A stretch of DNA of 63,594 bases, filler included. It is 11 parts of 11 records of this genome, joined end to end, with 100 filler letters (N's around TTAATTAATTAA, not from the genome) between each part and the next. Parts side by side here need not be neighbours in the genome. Positions count along the whole stretch, not along the records: positions 38,662 to 45,796 come from SRR31147125_84056; positions 45,897 to 52,571 come from SRR31147125_84072; 9 more parts are not named here. One strand, 5' to 3'. Both the position numbers and the translations under genes were made by a program. Shown piece after piece: positions 41,525 through 51,504 of this stretch (the first letter of the stretch is position 1; every line of letters starts with the position of its first letter). The notes under the pieces were generated by a model that made no database searches, had not been told where the DNA came from, and saw only the letters and a program-made list of their open reading frames with translations.

Positions 41525-41782
41525 ATGAAAGACAAGGTCGGTATCTACTACTATCCCTTTCCGGACAATAAACGCGTGCGTATGTATGTGCGTGAGAAGG
41601 ATGGGGATACGGAATTCAGAATGAGAAATGATGACGATCCCAGCATTTGGAATGACCATGGTTGGGTTCCCCATAGCGCCATCCTTCAGGCCAAGGTGCT
41701 TTACGAGAATCGGGGGCGTTTCGATCCCAATCGGGCCTATGACATTGAGATTGCCAAGGCCCTGATCCGGGACGGCGGATAA
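41525..41782 (+). CDS. conserved hypothetical protein
   Basis: MKDKVGIYYYPFPDNKRVRMYV...W..HGWVP...AYD; starts 4 nt after the cutA stop. Confidence 0.7.
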   Translation: MKDKVGIYYYPFPDNKRVRMYVREKDGDTEFRMRNDDDPSIWNDHGWVPHSAILQAKVLYENRGRFDPNRAYDIEIAKALIRDGG

Positions 41783-41853
41783 GCTTAATTCAAGCCGAAA
41801 GCGTCAGGATGACTTGCTTCCCTGCTGGATGGGTAGTTTGACTGGGTAAGGCG

Positions 41854-42258
41854 TCAGGCAGGAAATTGCTGCAGAACCTTTTTAACGAGATTGCCATCGG
41901 CGGCTGCTCCAAAATGGGCCATAATGACGCCCATGGCCTGCATCTTGTTTTTAAAGTTGCCGAAATCGACGTTGGCGGCGATCCATTGGCGGATTTCCTC
42001 TTCGTCGGCCATTTGCGGCAGGTACTCCTCGATGGTGGCGATAAAGGGCGAGGTCTGGCCCCGGCCACTTTTATCCAGCATCTCTCTTTCTGACTTGATT
42101 AATTTCTTAAGGATTTTGATCACGTCCTCGTCTGGAAATTCTTTTTTGTCCAAACGCGCCATCTCGCCCATGATGACCCGCAAGGCATCCTTTTTATCCT
42201 CGTTGCGGTCCTTCATGGCGGTTCTTAAATCGTCCTTGATTTTATCTTGTAGCGTCAT
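41854..42258 (-). CDS. GatB/YqeY domain protein
   Basis: LQDKIKDDLRTAMK...ALR, IEEYLPQ, MGVIM. Confidence 0.9.
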   Translation of the reverse strand: MTLQDKIKDDLRTAMKDRNEDKKDALRVIMGEMARLDKKEFPDEDVIKILKKLIKSEREMLDKSGRGQTSPFIATIEEYLPQMADEEEIRQWIAANVDFGNFKNKMQAMGVIMAHFGAAADGNLVKKVLQQFPA

Positions 42259-42844
42259 TGAAATGATCCTTCCCAAAAAAGCGCGGTTTCAGGTATGAGG
42301 TTTCTCCCCAAGTGAACCGGACGTCATCGCGGCCCTCATAGTCCATATCGATGAGGATATAACCGTAGTCCGGATAGTTCAAAAAAGAGAGCGTCAGCAG
42401 TGAGGGATCAAAGGGCGGCTCAATATCTACGTCAAGGTGCAGTTCTGCCTGTCGCAGGATGGCGTGGCAGAGGACCTGGTCTGTTGCCGCCAATGGGTTC
42501 TCAATGGCTTCCGGCGCGTAAAAACTTAGCTGCAAGGCGTCCGGGTCAACGGTGACCGGAACGCCGGCAAGGGAATAGCGAATTGTCGATAACCGCTTGT
42601 CGAGAAGCGAGCGGTCGGTGAAAACGAGGCCCATGGAATGATCCATATCATCAACGGACCACCAGTTATCCGCACCGAAAAGCGACCTTAAAAGAAATGT
42701 ATTGTCATACCACGCTGAGTTGAGCTTCTTTTCGGAGCCCGTCAAGGCGGCCACAATTCGCGCCTTTTGCGCCTGGGTAACGCGGCTCATGCACAATTCG
42801 ATAAAGGTTCCCTGCCATTTGAGAGACAGTGGTTTGGTTTTCAT
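42242..42844 (-). CDS. hypothetical protein
   Basis: 200-aa ORF overlapping the start of the yqeY-like gene. Confidence 0.65.
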   Translation of the reverse strand: MKTKPLSLKWQGTFIELCMSRVTQAQKARIVAALTGSEKKLNSAWYDNTFLLRSLFGADNWWSVDDMDHSMGLVFTDRSLLDKRLSTIRYSLAGVPVTVDPDALQLSFYAPEAIENPLAATDQVLCHAILRQAELHLDVDIEPPFDPSLLTLSFLNYPDYGYILIDMDYEGRDDVRFTWGETSYLKPRFFGKDHFNDATR

Positions 42845-43047
42845 GGTTTTCCCCGATCAATGTTTTCCCCGAGAGCCTTAACGTGGGGACCACGTTGTCC
42901 CAACGACCATCGATTTTGTCAAGAAAATTGCACCGGCAGCCTTAAGCCGCCGCATTCATATACGCCTTAAACACCGCCTCCCTTGCAAAGAAAGGCTGCT
43001 GTAATTATAGTTACGATACTTTTTTTGGTTTGGGAATAGGATAAAAA

Positions 43048-43725
43048 ATGCGACTATTGCTGATTGAAGACGACGAAAAGATTGCCTCCTTTATTATTAA
43101 AGGGTTCAAAGCCGAGGGGTTCGCGGTTGATCATGCTCCGGATGGTAACACCGGGCTGGATTTGGCCCTCAGTGAGCCATACGATGCCGCGGTGGTGGAT
43201 ATCATGCTGCCCGGGGTGGACGGCCTTTCGCTGATTGGCCGAATCCGTCGGGAAAAGGTCATGACACCGGTGATTATCCTTAGTGCCAAGGGATCCATCG
43301 ATGATCGTGTCAAGGGATTACGGATAGGCGGTGACGACTACTTGAGCAAACCCTTTGCATTCTCGGAATTACTGGCCCGTGTCCAGGCGTTGATTCGTCG
43401 TGCCAGCGGTGCCAAGGAACCCATGCGGTTGTCGGTTGGTGATCTGAATATCGATATGCTGGCGCGAGAAGTCCGGCGTGGCGGGGAAAAGATCGATTTG
43501 CAGCCGCTGGAGTACTCGCTTTTAGAGTACCTGATGCGCAACACCGGTCGCGTGGTGTCCAAAACCATGATCATGGAACATGTCTGGGATTACCATTTCG
43601 ACCCTCAGACCAATGTGGTCGAGGCACGCATCTGCAGATTGCGAGACAAGGTTGACAAGGAGTTCGATGAAAAGCTGATTCACACGGTACGCGGGGTGGG
43701 GTATGTTCTTCGGCAGAATGATTAG
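43048..43725 (+). CDS. OmpR family response regulator (CusR/CzcR-like)
   Basis: LLIEDD, DIMLPG, GGDDYLSKPF, FDPQTNVVE, LIHTVRGVGY. Confidence 0.95.
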   Translation: MRLLLIEDDEKIASFIIKGFKAEGFAVDHAPDGNTGLDLALSEPYDAAVVDIMLPGVDGLSLIGRIRREKVMTPVIILSAKGSIDDRVKGLRIGGDDYLSKPFAFSELLARVQALIRRASGAKEPMRLSVGDLNIDMLAREVRRGGEKIDLQPLEYSLLEYLMRNTGRVVSKTMIMEHVWDYHFDPQTNVVEARICRLRDKVDKEFDEKLIHTVRGVGYVLRQND

Positions 43726-45127
43726 GCTGCCACGCACACTCTCATTTCGCCTGACGCTGTGGTATGGGCTTGTTTTTTCGATTTCCTCATGTTTGGCGTT
43801 TCTCTTTTTTTATGTGCTGATTACCACCAATCTTAAACAAGGATTGGATGACCGGCTTTCCGAAAAGATCTCCGAATTCGAGGCCATTTACAATCTCCAG
43901 GGACTTGATGAGGTCAAGGAGGCGGCACTGATCGAGTCCCAGGCGGCTGGTGAAAAGAAGGTTTTTTTCCGGCTTTTATATGCGTCCGGAGTGGCGTTCT
44001 CTTCATCAAACATGTCCTACTGGAGGGCCATCGGAATCAACCGCAAGGCCGTTCGATTACTGATGAACAACCGCACACGGGTATATGAGACATTGTCAAT
44101 CCCCGGTCGAACGGATCGGGTTCGCATCGCCTATGGGGTGATCGGCCGGGGAATTGTAGTCCAGCTTGGATATTCCATGGAGAGCGACATCGCATTTGTC
44201 GCCATTTTCAAGCAAATTTTTCTCATCACCATGTCCGCCTTGATTTTAACGGCGGTTTTGGTGGGATGGTTCATGGCCAGGCGGGCGGTGTCCGGCGTGG
44301 AAGCGGTCACGCGGACGGCACGGCAAATTTCCGAATCCGACCTCAGTCGCCGCGTTCCAATCATGGCACGGAACGAGGAGATTGATCGATTGGCGGTGAC
44401 CTTCAATCAAATGCTGGATCGAATCGAAAAACTGGTTGTTGGAATCAGAGAAATGGGGGATAATATTGCCCATGACTTGAAAAGCCCGGTGGCCCGGATT
44501 CGGGGGTTTGCTGAAATCAGTCTTTCCGAAAGTTTAGGCGGCGGTGACGAATTGACTTCTCTGGCCGGCAACACGATAGAAGAGTGCGATCGGCTGCTGG
44601 ATATGATTAATACCATGCTAATGATTTCCAAAACCGACGCGGGTGCCGGGGATCTCAGCCTGGAGCCGGTGAATATGGCAGAGGTGGCGCGCGGTGCGGT
44701 TACGCTTTTTTCCCCTTTGGCCGAAGACAAGGGGCTCACCATTTCCTGTGACACACCTGAATCCTTGATGGTTGATGGGGACCTTAAAATGCTCCAGCGG
44801 GCGATGGCCAATCTTCTTGACAATGCGATTAAATATACACAACCTCCGGGGCACATTGATATTCGTGTGTCTCATGATAACGAAAGCCAAGAGCGAATCA
44901 GCGTTTCCGTCAAGGATAGTGGTATCGGTATCGACCCTGATGCCCTTCCCAAGATATTTAACCGCTTTTATCGCTGCGATCAGAGCCGAACAACCGGTGG
45001 CTCTGGGTTGGGCTTGAGTCTCGCCCAGACCATTGCTTATGCCCATCACGGCGAAATTCGCGTGACCAGCATCAAGGGAACTGGAAGTGTCTTCACCTTC
45101 GGGCTGCCTCGGCACCACATTCGTTGA
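43703..45127 (+). CDS. HAMP sensor histidine kinase (cognate of the upstream regulator)
   Basis: 2 TM, HAMP, NIAHDLKSP, NLLDNAIKYT, DSGIG, GSGLGL. Confidence 0.95.
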   Translation: MFFGRMIRLPRTLSFRLTLWYGLVFSISSCLAFLFFYVLITTNLKQGLDDRLSEKISEFEAIYNLQGLDEVKEAALIESQAAGEKKVFFRLLYASGVAFSSSNMSYWRAIGINRKAVRLLMNNRTRVYETLSIPGRTDRVRIAYGVIGRGIVVQLGYSMESDIAFVAIFKQIFLITMSALILTAVLVGWFMARRAVSGVEAVTRTARQISESDLSRRVPIMARNEEIDRLAVTFNQMLDRIEKLVVGIREMGDNIAHDLKSPVARIRGFAEISLSESLGGGDELTSLAGNTIEECDRLLDMINTMLMISKTDAGAGDLSLEPVNMAEVARGAVTLFSPLAEDKGLTISCDTPESLMVDGDLKMLQRAMANLLDNAIKYTQPPGHIDIRVSHDNESQERISVSVKDSGIGIDPDALPKIFNRFYRCDQSRTTGGSGLGLSLAQTIAYAHHGEIRVTSIKGTGSVFTFGLPRHHIR

Positions 45128-45215
45128 ACCATTGACTGGTCTTCGTCGGTTCTCCACATCTTATGGATTTGTATTTATTATTTATGCGGTTAAGGGCGAT
45201 AACCAAAAATAAACC

Positions 45216-45796
45216 ATGACTCTGACCAAGAATAAAATCGATATCGCCATCCCCTACGGCATGTTGAGGGTGAGCCTGAATCCCATCACGCTGAACTTTT
45301 CCGGAAATCATAAATCACTGGAAAAGCCATTTCGCGAAGCTTATTTTTCGAATTCGCTGGATCATGTGCGCCGCTGTAAATTGTATGCGGCCCTTTTCTT
45401 TGGTATTTTCGGCCTACTGGATGTATTTGTCTTCCCCGATCAGCTTGGCCGGTTGTTGTTCATTCGGTTCGCGGTGGTCTGTCCGATCTTTTTGATCGGC
45501 CTGTTAATTTCTTACACTCATGTTTACTGGCGGGTATGGCAGCCGTTGAACGCATTTTACATCATGGTTACCGGTTATGCTTACGTGGCCATGGTGGTGA
45601 TCACGCCAGCGCCGGAATCCTATTTTTACGGCGTAGGCACGATCTTCTGTGTTTTTTTCGGGTATACTTTCATCCACGCCCGCTTTGTCACCGCTTCCTT
45701 GGCCGGATTGATGGTGGTTGGCGGTTATCAGCTGGTCATGATGCGTCTGATGGAAGTTTCGGGTGTCGTTCAACTGATCTCCGGCGCACATTTTTT
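45216..45796 (+). CDS. multi-pass membrane sensor domain protein (3' truncated)
   Basis: TLNF...LEKPF...; 5-6 TM helices as found N-terminal to cyclases and kinases. Confidence 0.6.
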
Positions 45797-45896
45797 NNNN
45801 NNNNNNNNNNNNNNNNNNNNNNNNNNNNNNNNNNNNNNNNTTAATTAATTAANNNNNNNNNNNNNNNNNNNNNNNNNNNNNNNNNNNNNNNNNNNN
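45797..45896. other. artificial contig spacer
   Basis: N-run with TTAATTAATTAA. Confidence 0.99.
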
Positions 45897-45897
45897 G

Positions 45898-46278
45898 GGG
45901 GATAATAATTCTCAAGTTTACAAGTTCGTAGAGCATAATACTGATATTAATGCCGCTCGCCTGGGCGAAGGTGGACAAATACATGAGTTGATCGCAGGTA
46001 TCAAAAAAGATGTTGTCATTTGCAATGCAATTAAAAGCAAACCGGGATATGTCGCTATTTACGGTTGGCATTATAAAAGCGGTAATCCCATTCAGCCGCT
46101 ATACACCGGTCACGTCGATTGGTATGTGGATTACAGTCACGGTATTCGCCTGGTCAATCAGATCATCAAAGTTGATGGCGTTCCCATGAATGCTCACAGT
46201 GTATTAAAAGACCCGGTTCTGTATAAATTGCTTAGCAACGAGAGTTCGATCATGCGCTTGACACGCTATCGCTATTAG
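45898..46278 (+). CDS. conserved hypothetical protein (5' partial)
   Basis: LIAGIKKDVV, VAIYGWH, PIQPLYTGH..WYVDYSHGIRL; frame open from the contig start. Confidence 0.7.
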   Translation, partial: GDNNSQVYKFVEHNTDINAARLGEGGQIHELIAGIKKDVVICNAIKSKPGYVAIYGWHYKSGNPIQPLYTGHVDWYVDYSHGIRLVNQIIKVDGVPMNAHSVLKDPVLYKLLSNESSIMRLTRYRY

Positions 46279-46287
46279 GGATCCTGA

Positions 46288-47979
46288 ATGAAGAAGATAA
46301 GTCTTATTTTTGTATTGGTTTTTTGGGCTTTTTCTGCAAGTGCTATTACGGTAACTCTGCATTTTAATGACAGCAGTATTGATTCAGTCCAATTTGATGA
46401 GAATTCACAGATCTATTTTTACGATCCGGACATAAGTGTCACTCGTTTACAGTCACCTGCAAATGCAGCTATTGATGTCCCGCAATTTACCGAATTCTCA
46501 TGGCAGCATATCCCGGACAGAGATGTTGAATTATTGATCTCTGAGAGCGATGATTTTGTCGATACAACATTTCATCATACCGGGATCGATACAAATTCCT
46601 TCCGGCTTCCTGAACCACTCGATGTCCAAAAACGCTATTACTGGAAAGTCAGGATCGAAGGTGAATCGCTGTGGACAGCCGCATGGTATTTTGATACTTA
46701 TATGCCGGCTTTACCGGAGATAATAAGTTCTATTGCATTATGTCCGCCGAATTTCGCCGATCAAGTTGAATTTAAAGCTGTTTATGATTCGGAGATCGAT
46801 TCTTTTCTTGTCGTCTATAGCATGGATGGGATCAATTTCCCTGATACATGTTATAGTTCTGTGGTCATTCCTGAAATATATGGATTGGTGACTGATAGTC
46901 TATATTATCTTAAAATTGCCGGAGTCAACGCTGCCGGTATCGGTCCATTTTCGGAAGTTTTGGCGCTTACAGCTTCAGTTACTCAGGAATATGTGCTGAT
47001 CGTGAATGCTTATGATAGAGCAAGAACGGGAAACACAAAGGATTTTGTTCGCCAACATGCTTCAGCAGTTCAAGAATTGGGAATTTCGATCCTATCGGCA
47101 AGCAATGAAGCCTTGACCGACAGTCTGATCGATCTGGAAATGATTTCTTCTGTTATTTATATCTTAGGTGAAGAAAGTACGGCAGATGAGACTTTTTCCA
47201 ATGATGAGCAGGACATGATCGAAGAATATTTGAATAATGGCGGTGAGTTGTTTGTTTCCGGTGCTGAAATAGCCTGGGATTTGGACTATAAGGGAAGTGT
47301 CGCGGATAAGGCTTTTTGTCATGATTATTTACATATAGAATACAAACAAGATGCTCCAAACGGTACGATAGGAACCTATTACGATGTAGAGGTTTTGGGC
47401 GATACCATTTTTTCCGATCTGAGCTCATTTTCTTTTGACAATGGAACATATGGAACATACAACGTGCGCTATCCCGACGTATTTACACCGATGAACGATG
47501 CCAGAACATTTTTGAAATATACCGGATGCAATACCGGTGCGGCAGGTATTGTTTACCAGGGCATGTTTCCCGGAGGAAGCAGTGAAGGTAAGATCATGGT
47601 GCTGGGTTTTCCTTTTGAAACGGTTTATCCGGAAGCGGCACGAAATGCTATCATGCGCGATTTCTTTCAATTCGCTGAGCAGGGCTTGGATGTGCTTGAT
47701 ATTGCCATTCCCGCGGAACATCGCCTTTTACCGAATTATCCCAATCCCTTTAATCCGAAAACAGTGATCAGTTACCAGATATCTGAGACCAGTGAGATTG
47801 ATATTGTGATCTTTGATCTGAATGGAAGAAAGATTGAAACCCTCGTCGACAAGATTGAATCAGCCGGGACTTATGAATTTATTTGGGATGCGGGTGATTT
47901 GGCGACAGGAATATATTTTGTTGTTTTCAGGGTTGATGGTGGGATTGTTGATACAAGGAAGATGACTTTGGTGAAATAG
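46288..47979 (+). CDS. secreted FN3-containing protein with T9SS type-A/FlgD-Ig C-terminal sorting domain
   Basis: Signal peptide, YYWKV and YYLKIAGVN FN3 repeats, ILGEESTADETF..GGELFVSGAEIAWDL domain, NYPNPFNP...KMTLVK tail. Confidence 0.85.
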   Translation: MKKISLIFVLVFWAFSASAITVTLHFNDSSIDSVQFDENSQIYFYDPDISVTRLQSPANAAIDVPQFTEFSWQHIPDRDVELLISESDDFVDTTFHHTGIDTNSFRLPEPLDVQKRYYWKVRIEGESLWTAAWYFDTYMPALPEIISSIALCPPNFADQVEFKAVYDSEIDSFLVVYSMDGINFPDTCYSSVVIPEIYGLVTDSLYYLKIAGVNAAGIGPFSEVLALTASVTQEYVLIVNAYDRARTGNTKDFVRQHASAVQELGISILSASNEALTDSLIDLEMISSVIYILGEESTADETFSNDEQDMIEEYLNNGGELFVSGAEIAWDLDYKGSVADKAFCHDYLHIEYKQDAPNGTIGTYYDVEVLGDTIFSDLSSFSFDNGTYGTYNVRYPDVFTPMNDARTFLKYTGCNTGAAGIVYQGMFPGGSSEGKIMVLGFPFETVYPEAARNAIMRDFFQFAEQGLDVLDIAIPAEHRLLPNYPNPFNPKTVISYQISETSEIDIVIFDLNGRKIETLVDKIESAGTYEFIWDAGDLATGIYFVVFRVDGGIVDTRKMTLVK

Positions 47980-48040
47980 AGCAGTAGGGCAATAGGGCAA
48001 TAGGGCAATAGGGTGATAGAGCAGCATAACAATAAGATAT
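47977..48040 (+). repeat. 8-bp tandem array downstream of the four-helix-bundle gene
   Basis: TAGAGCAG TAGGGCAA TAGGGCAA TAGGGCAA TAGGGTGA TAGAGCAG CATAACAA TAAGATAT. Confidence 0.92.
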
Positions 48041-48041
48041 T

Positions 48042-48419
48042 TTATCCAACTTTCCATCGATTTGCACTTAATCTCATGTTTACCAACATACCAATGATCC
48101 TATCATAACTTTGATAAAAGAATTTATAATCTTTTTCATTCATGTATTTGCATTTCAAAGCATAATCTAACCAGTTTTGGGTTTCAGCTGCCTCTGCCTC
48201 ACTATCCGTTAACTTTGACGCAAAAGATTTTGGATATTTTCTTTTTCTAAAAGCTTCAGCAATATTGCTGCTTACAGATCTTGAGGATCTTCTAATCTGG
48301 TCCGTTAATGAGAATTGTTCGTTTGAAGGAAATTTCTTACTTAATTCAAAAATCTCCATTGAGATATTAAAAGATTCTTGATAAACTTTTAGATCTTTGT
48401 GGGTATTGACCAACGCCAT
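48042..48419 (-). CDS. four helix bundle protein (23S rRNA IVP / TIGR02436 family)
   Basis: HKDLKVYQ, FP..EQFSLTDQIRRSSRSVSSNIAEAF, F..KLTDSEAEAAETQNWL. Confidence 0.95.
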   Translation of the reverse strand: MALVNTHKDLKVYQESFNISMEIFELSKKFPSNEQFSLTDQIRRSSRSVSSNIAEAFRKRKYPKSFASKLTDSEAEAAETQNWLDYALKCKYMNEKDYKFFYQSYDRIIGMLVNMRLSANRWKVG

Positions 48420-48439
48420 ATCATCCCCCTGAGAATTTT

Positions 48440-48479
48440 ATGTACTAGCGCTCTAGCTCCATAGTGCCCTCGTGCATTA
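48440..48479 (-). repeat. degenerate 8-bp tandem array upstream of the four-helix-bundle gene, inverted relative to the downstream array
   Basis: Minus strand TAATGCAC GAGGGCAC TATGGAGC TAGAGCGC TAGTACAT. Confidence 0.65.
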
Positions 48480-48548
48480 TTTTTAAACAGAGGAATTTAA
48501 TATTTTAGATGATCAAATGATATTAGATATTTTCAAGTGTGATGCACA

Positions 48549-50192
48549 TCACATCAATTCATCAATAACATGCTGCAGGGATGCGAGTGCATCGTTCGGC
48601 AGTTTGTCGCGTCCGCCCTTTTCGAATGCGCGGGAGGCAAGGAATTTAAGGCGTTCACCAAAGCGTTTTATGAAAGCTTCGCGATAGTATTTGTTATCCA
48701 GAGATGTTTCAAATCCATCGATTTCCATGATGCAGATATCATCAAAAGGACCCCAGGGAATAAAGTTTTCTCTGTCTTCAATTATGGTTTCTATGATCCC
48801 AAGCGTGTGCTGAGGTTCAACTTTTTTACCCATAAAATAACCGGTATTCAAAACATAGCATTTTACACCGTCTTCAATGAGCTTTTTATAACGGCTATAA
48901 TCGAGTTTCAATGGATAGGTGCGGAAAGGATTGGCGTAAGGCTCCACGACCAGTGCATCAGGATCTACACCCGGAGCTAATCGCTCGGCAGAGGTGCGCT
49001 TGGTTGCAAGTGTAGCGCCCATGGCGGCTCCGAGAGAAGCGCCTTCCAGTTTGATCACCGGCGGCAGGGTGGGATCTTTCATCAACCAAAATATTGCATT
49101 AATAGGTTCATCAACACGATCGACTCGATTGGGTGACCAGAGCTTGGATTTAACAGCTCGTCCATTGCCATTTCTCATGTCCTCTGTAACGGGATAGACC
49201 TTTCCATCACTGTATTCCACAGCACCATTATTTTGTAGAGTAAGGATGTATTTATTATCCTCGCAATCCATTGGATAATCCTGGGTTTTATCAAAGTATG
49301 CCGGCTCCATTGCGATGGAATACTTTTTATCGGCATTGATGATGAAAGCATCATCGTGCAGAACGGTCACGTCATATTTTCCGTGATGGACATCATGAGT
49401 GATCGTAGATTTACCTGAACCGGAAAGTCCAAATACAGCAACAGTATAGGCGCCGTCATCCAGGTTATAGCGTTTTAATCCCCCATGGCAGGATGCGTAA
49501 CCATTTCGCGCAGCAGTTCCCCAGCCTAGGGTCAAGGTGCCCTTTTTAAATTCACCAAAATAACGCATACCAAGCAAAGCGGCGCAGTTGTGGTCCGGGT
49601 CAAAGAAAGTTAATCCAAGGGGATGATCTTCGTGTTTCCAATCGGGATCGGTATAAATATAAATATCGCCTTCCGGGAGCTCGCGGGAATTTGCATATCT
49701 TTCTTTAATTTCTTCAGTGAAATATTGGAAGTTCAGCATCCAGGATAAAAGATTGTTCTCATATTTTTCGGGAATAAGCAAATGAGCTTTGACCATGAAA
49801 TCTTCATCCAGTCCGATGATAGTTTCAGCATGGTACATTTTGCGATAACGGGTATTGTAAACTGCTTCCCTGATCTTGAAAGCATAGCTGTTAATATCAA
49901 CATCCGGTTCTCCGATGATGCGTCGTGCGGCAGCACAACGGCCATAAACTGCGCCGTCATTAAAGAGAAGGACATTTGCATCTTTGGGAAGACCCTGTTC
50001 TTCAGGTTTGAAGATCGGCATGCCGGTCAATTCAATGGTGCCGGGTGAGATCTTTGCCAGGGAATAAGCTTCAGCAACGGTTTTTACGGGAGTGACATTG
50101 TTGCGATAAAATGCGGATTGAATGGTTGTTCTGATCTGCGAACTCAATGCCTTGAATCCGTCATGTTTGCGATAATGTCCGATCGTAGCCAT
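48549..50192 (-). CDS. pckA: phosphoenolpyruvate carboxykinase (ATP), Firmicutes-like subtype
   Basis: YFGEFKKG, CHGG, P-loop FGLSGSGKST, HDDAF, NGNGRA, YANPFR. Confidence 0.9.
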   Translation of the reverse strand: MATIGHYRKHDGFKALSSQIRTTIQSAFYRNNVTPVKTVAEAYSLAKISPGTIELTGMPIFKPEEQGLPKDANVLLFNDGAVYGRCAAARRIIGEPDVDINSYAFKIREAVYNTRYRKMYHAETIIGLDEDFMVKAHLLIPEKYENNLLSWMLNFQYFTEEIKERYANSRELPEGDIYIYTDPDWKHEDHPLGLTFFDPDHNCAALLGMRYFGEFKKGTLTLGWGTAARNGYASCHGGLKRYNLDDGAYTVAVFGLSGSGKSTITHDVHHGKYDVTVLHDDAFIINADKKYSIAMEPAYFDKTQDYPMDCEDNKYILTLQNNGAVEYSDGKVYPVTEDMRNGNGRAVKSKLWSPNRVDRVDEPINAIFWLMKDPTLPPVIKLEGASLGAAMGATLATKRTSAERLAPGVDPDALVVEPYANPFRTYPLKLDYSRYKKLIEDGVKCYVLNTGYFMGKKVEPQHTLGIIETIIEDRENFIPWGPFDDICIMEIDGFETSLDNKYYREAFIKRFGERLKFLASRAFEKGGRDKLPNDALASLQHVIDELM

Positions 50193-50202
50193 AAGCTGCC
50201 TC

Positions 50203-51504
50203 TTATTTTTTCAATTCTTTGCAGGCTTGATATACATTTTCAAATAACTGTTCCAGCTTGTCCAAAGCAACAGCCGAATATGCCAGTCGCAAAACACCGC
50301 GAATATATATTGTACCTGTTTCATACTTTTCGATAAGCCTGCGTCTTAAAAGATCGCCATCGATCCCTTCAGCAAGATTTACGCACATAAAATATCCGGA
50401 GTTATAGGGAAGTGGCGTGAAATATTCGGAGTATCGATCTTTATTCTTTTCGATAAGTTCTTTGACCTTTTCGTAGCGAGATTTTAAAAGCTGGAAGTAT
50501 TCATTTTTTTCATCTTTGTATGAAGGATGCTTAAAAGCTTTCAGCAATAGTGATTGGGAGATATGTGGTGATGATGATACGGATGAACGTATACCGCCGG
50601 CAACTTTATCCTCGAGCATTTTGTAGGTTTCCGGAGTCAGACCTTTTCCACCGAAAGTGATAAAACCCGTACGAAAACCCCAAACATAATCTTCTTTGGT
50701 GGCTCCATCGACTTTTACAGCAAGAACGTTTTCATGCAGGCCGGTTAAATATGCGAAAGGGGATTGAGTATCTACAGCATCTTCATAAACCAATCCGAAG
50801 TAAGCATCATCACAGATCACAAGAATGTGATTACCGGCTTCTGCTGATGCTTTGACCATTCCGGTGATCCTATTCATTTCAATCTTGGTAGGAGTATATC
50901 CGGTGGGATTATTGGGAAAGTTCAAGGCCAGGACCTTTTTGCCGGGCTCACCTTCCATCAGTGCTTTTTCCAGGGCATCAAGATCCATGCCATTATCTTT
51001 GTATAAAGGAAATTGTCTAAAATTAACGTCATAGCGCTCTTTCATGAGCATGTTGTAATTTCCCCAGTATTTATCGGCGATGATCACCGTATCGCCGGCA
51101 TCAAGAAACAACAGGGAAACAATGCTGAGACCGTGGGATAATGCAACTGTAACAACCGGAAGAGAAGTTGATTTACCTTTCAGAGCGGGATTTTTCTCTA
51201 GCTGCATTTCTTTCCACAATTTACGCAATTCGGTCAGTCCGGAATTGGGCGCGTAGGGAAAGATATTACCGGGGTCAAGTTTGATGAGTTCTTCAAGAGA
51301 GGATAAATGAACAGGGGATGTATCATCCTGAAGTGCGATACCGATGGTGGCATTGATCTTGGTTCCCTTTGCTTGCATGCTCTGGGAGAGGATGCCTGTC
51401 TTGGGAAAATAGGATTCACGGCCCTTTTGAGATAAAAGTCCAAAAACTACAGGTGCATCAACTTTCAGTGCGTCATTCAATTCAAGGGCAAGTGGGTTCA
51501 TCAT
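50203..51504 (-). CDS. class I/II PLP-dependent aminotransferase (aspartate aminotransferase-like)
   Basis: NATIG, NFPNNPTGYTP, CDDAYFGL, DGATKEDYVWGFRTG, NSGYF. Confidence 0.9.
   Translation of the reverse strand: MMNPLALELNDALKVDAPVVFGLLSQKGRESYFPKTGILSQSMQAKGTKINATIGIALQDDTSPVHLSSLEELIKLDPGNIFPYAPNSGLTELRKLWKEMQLEKNPALKGKSTSLPVVTVALSHGLSIVSLLFLDAGDTVIIADKYWGNYNMLMKERYDVNFRQFPLYKDNGMDLDALEKALMEGEPGKKVLALNFPNNPTGYTPTKIEMNRITGMVKASAEAGNHILVICDDAYFGLVYEDAVDTQSPFAYLTGLHENVLAVKVDGATKEDYVWGFRTGFITFGGKGLTPETYKMLEDKVAGGIRSSVSSSPHISQSLLLKAFKHPSYKDEKNEYFQLLKSRYEKVKELIEKNKDRYSEYFTPLPYNSGYFMCVNLAEGIDGDLLRRRLIEKYETGTIYIRGVLRLAYSAVALDKLEQLFENVYQACKELKK

Noticed and set aside
47977-48040. TAGGGCAA array as a CRISPR array or telomeric repeat
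   Set aside because: The units are 8 bp with no spacers and no cas genes, and they are internal to a bacterial contig and degenerate. Treated instead as part of the four-helix-bundle cassette.
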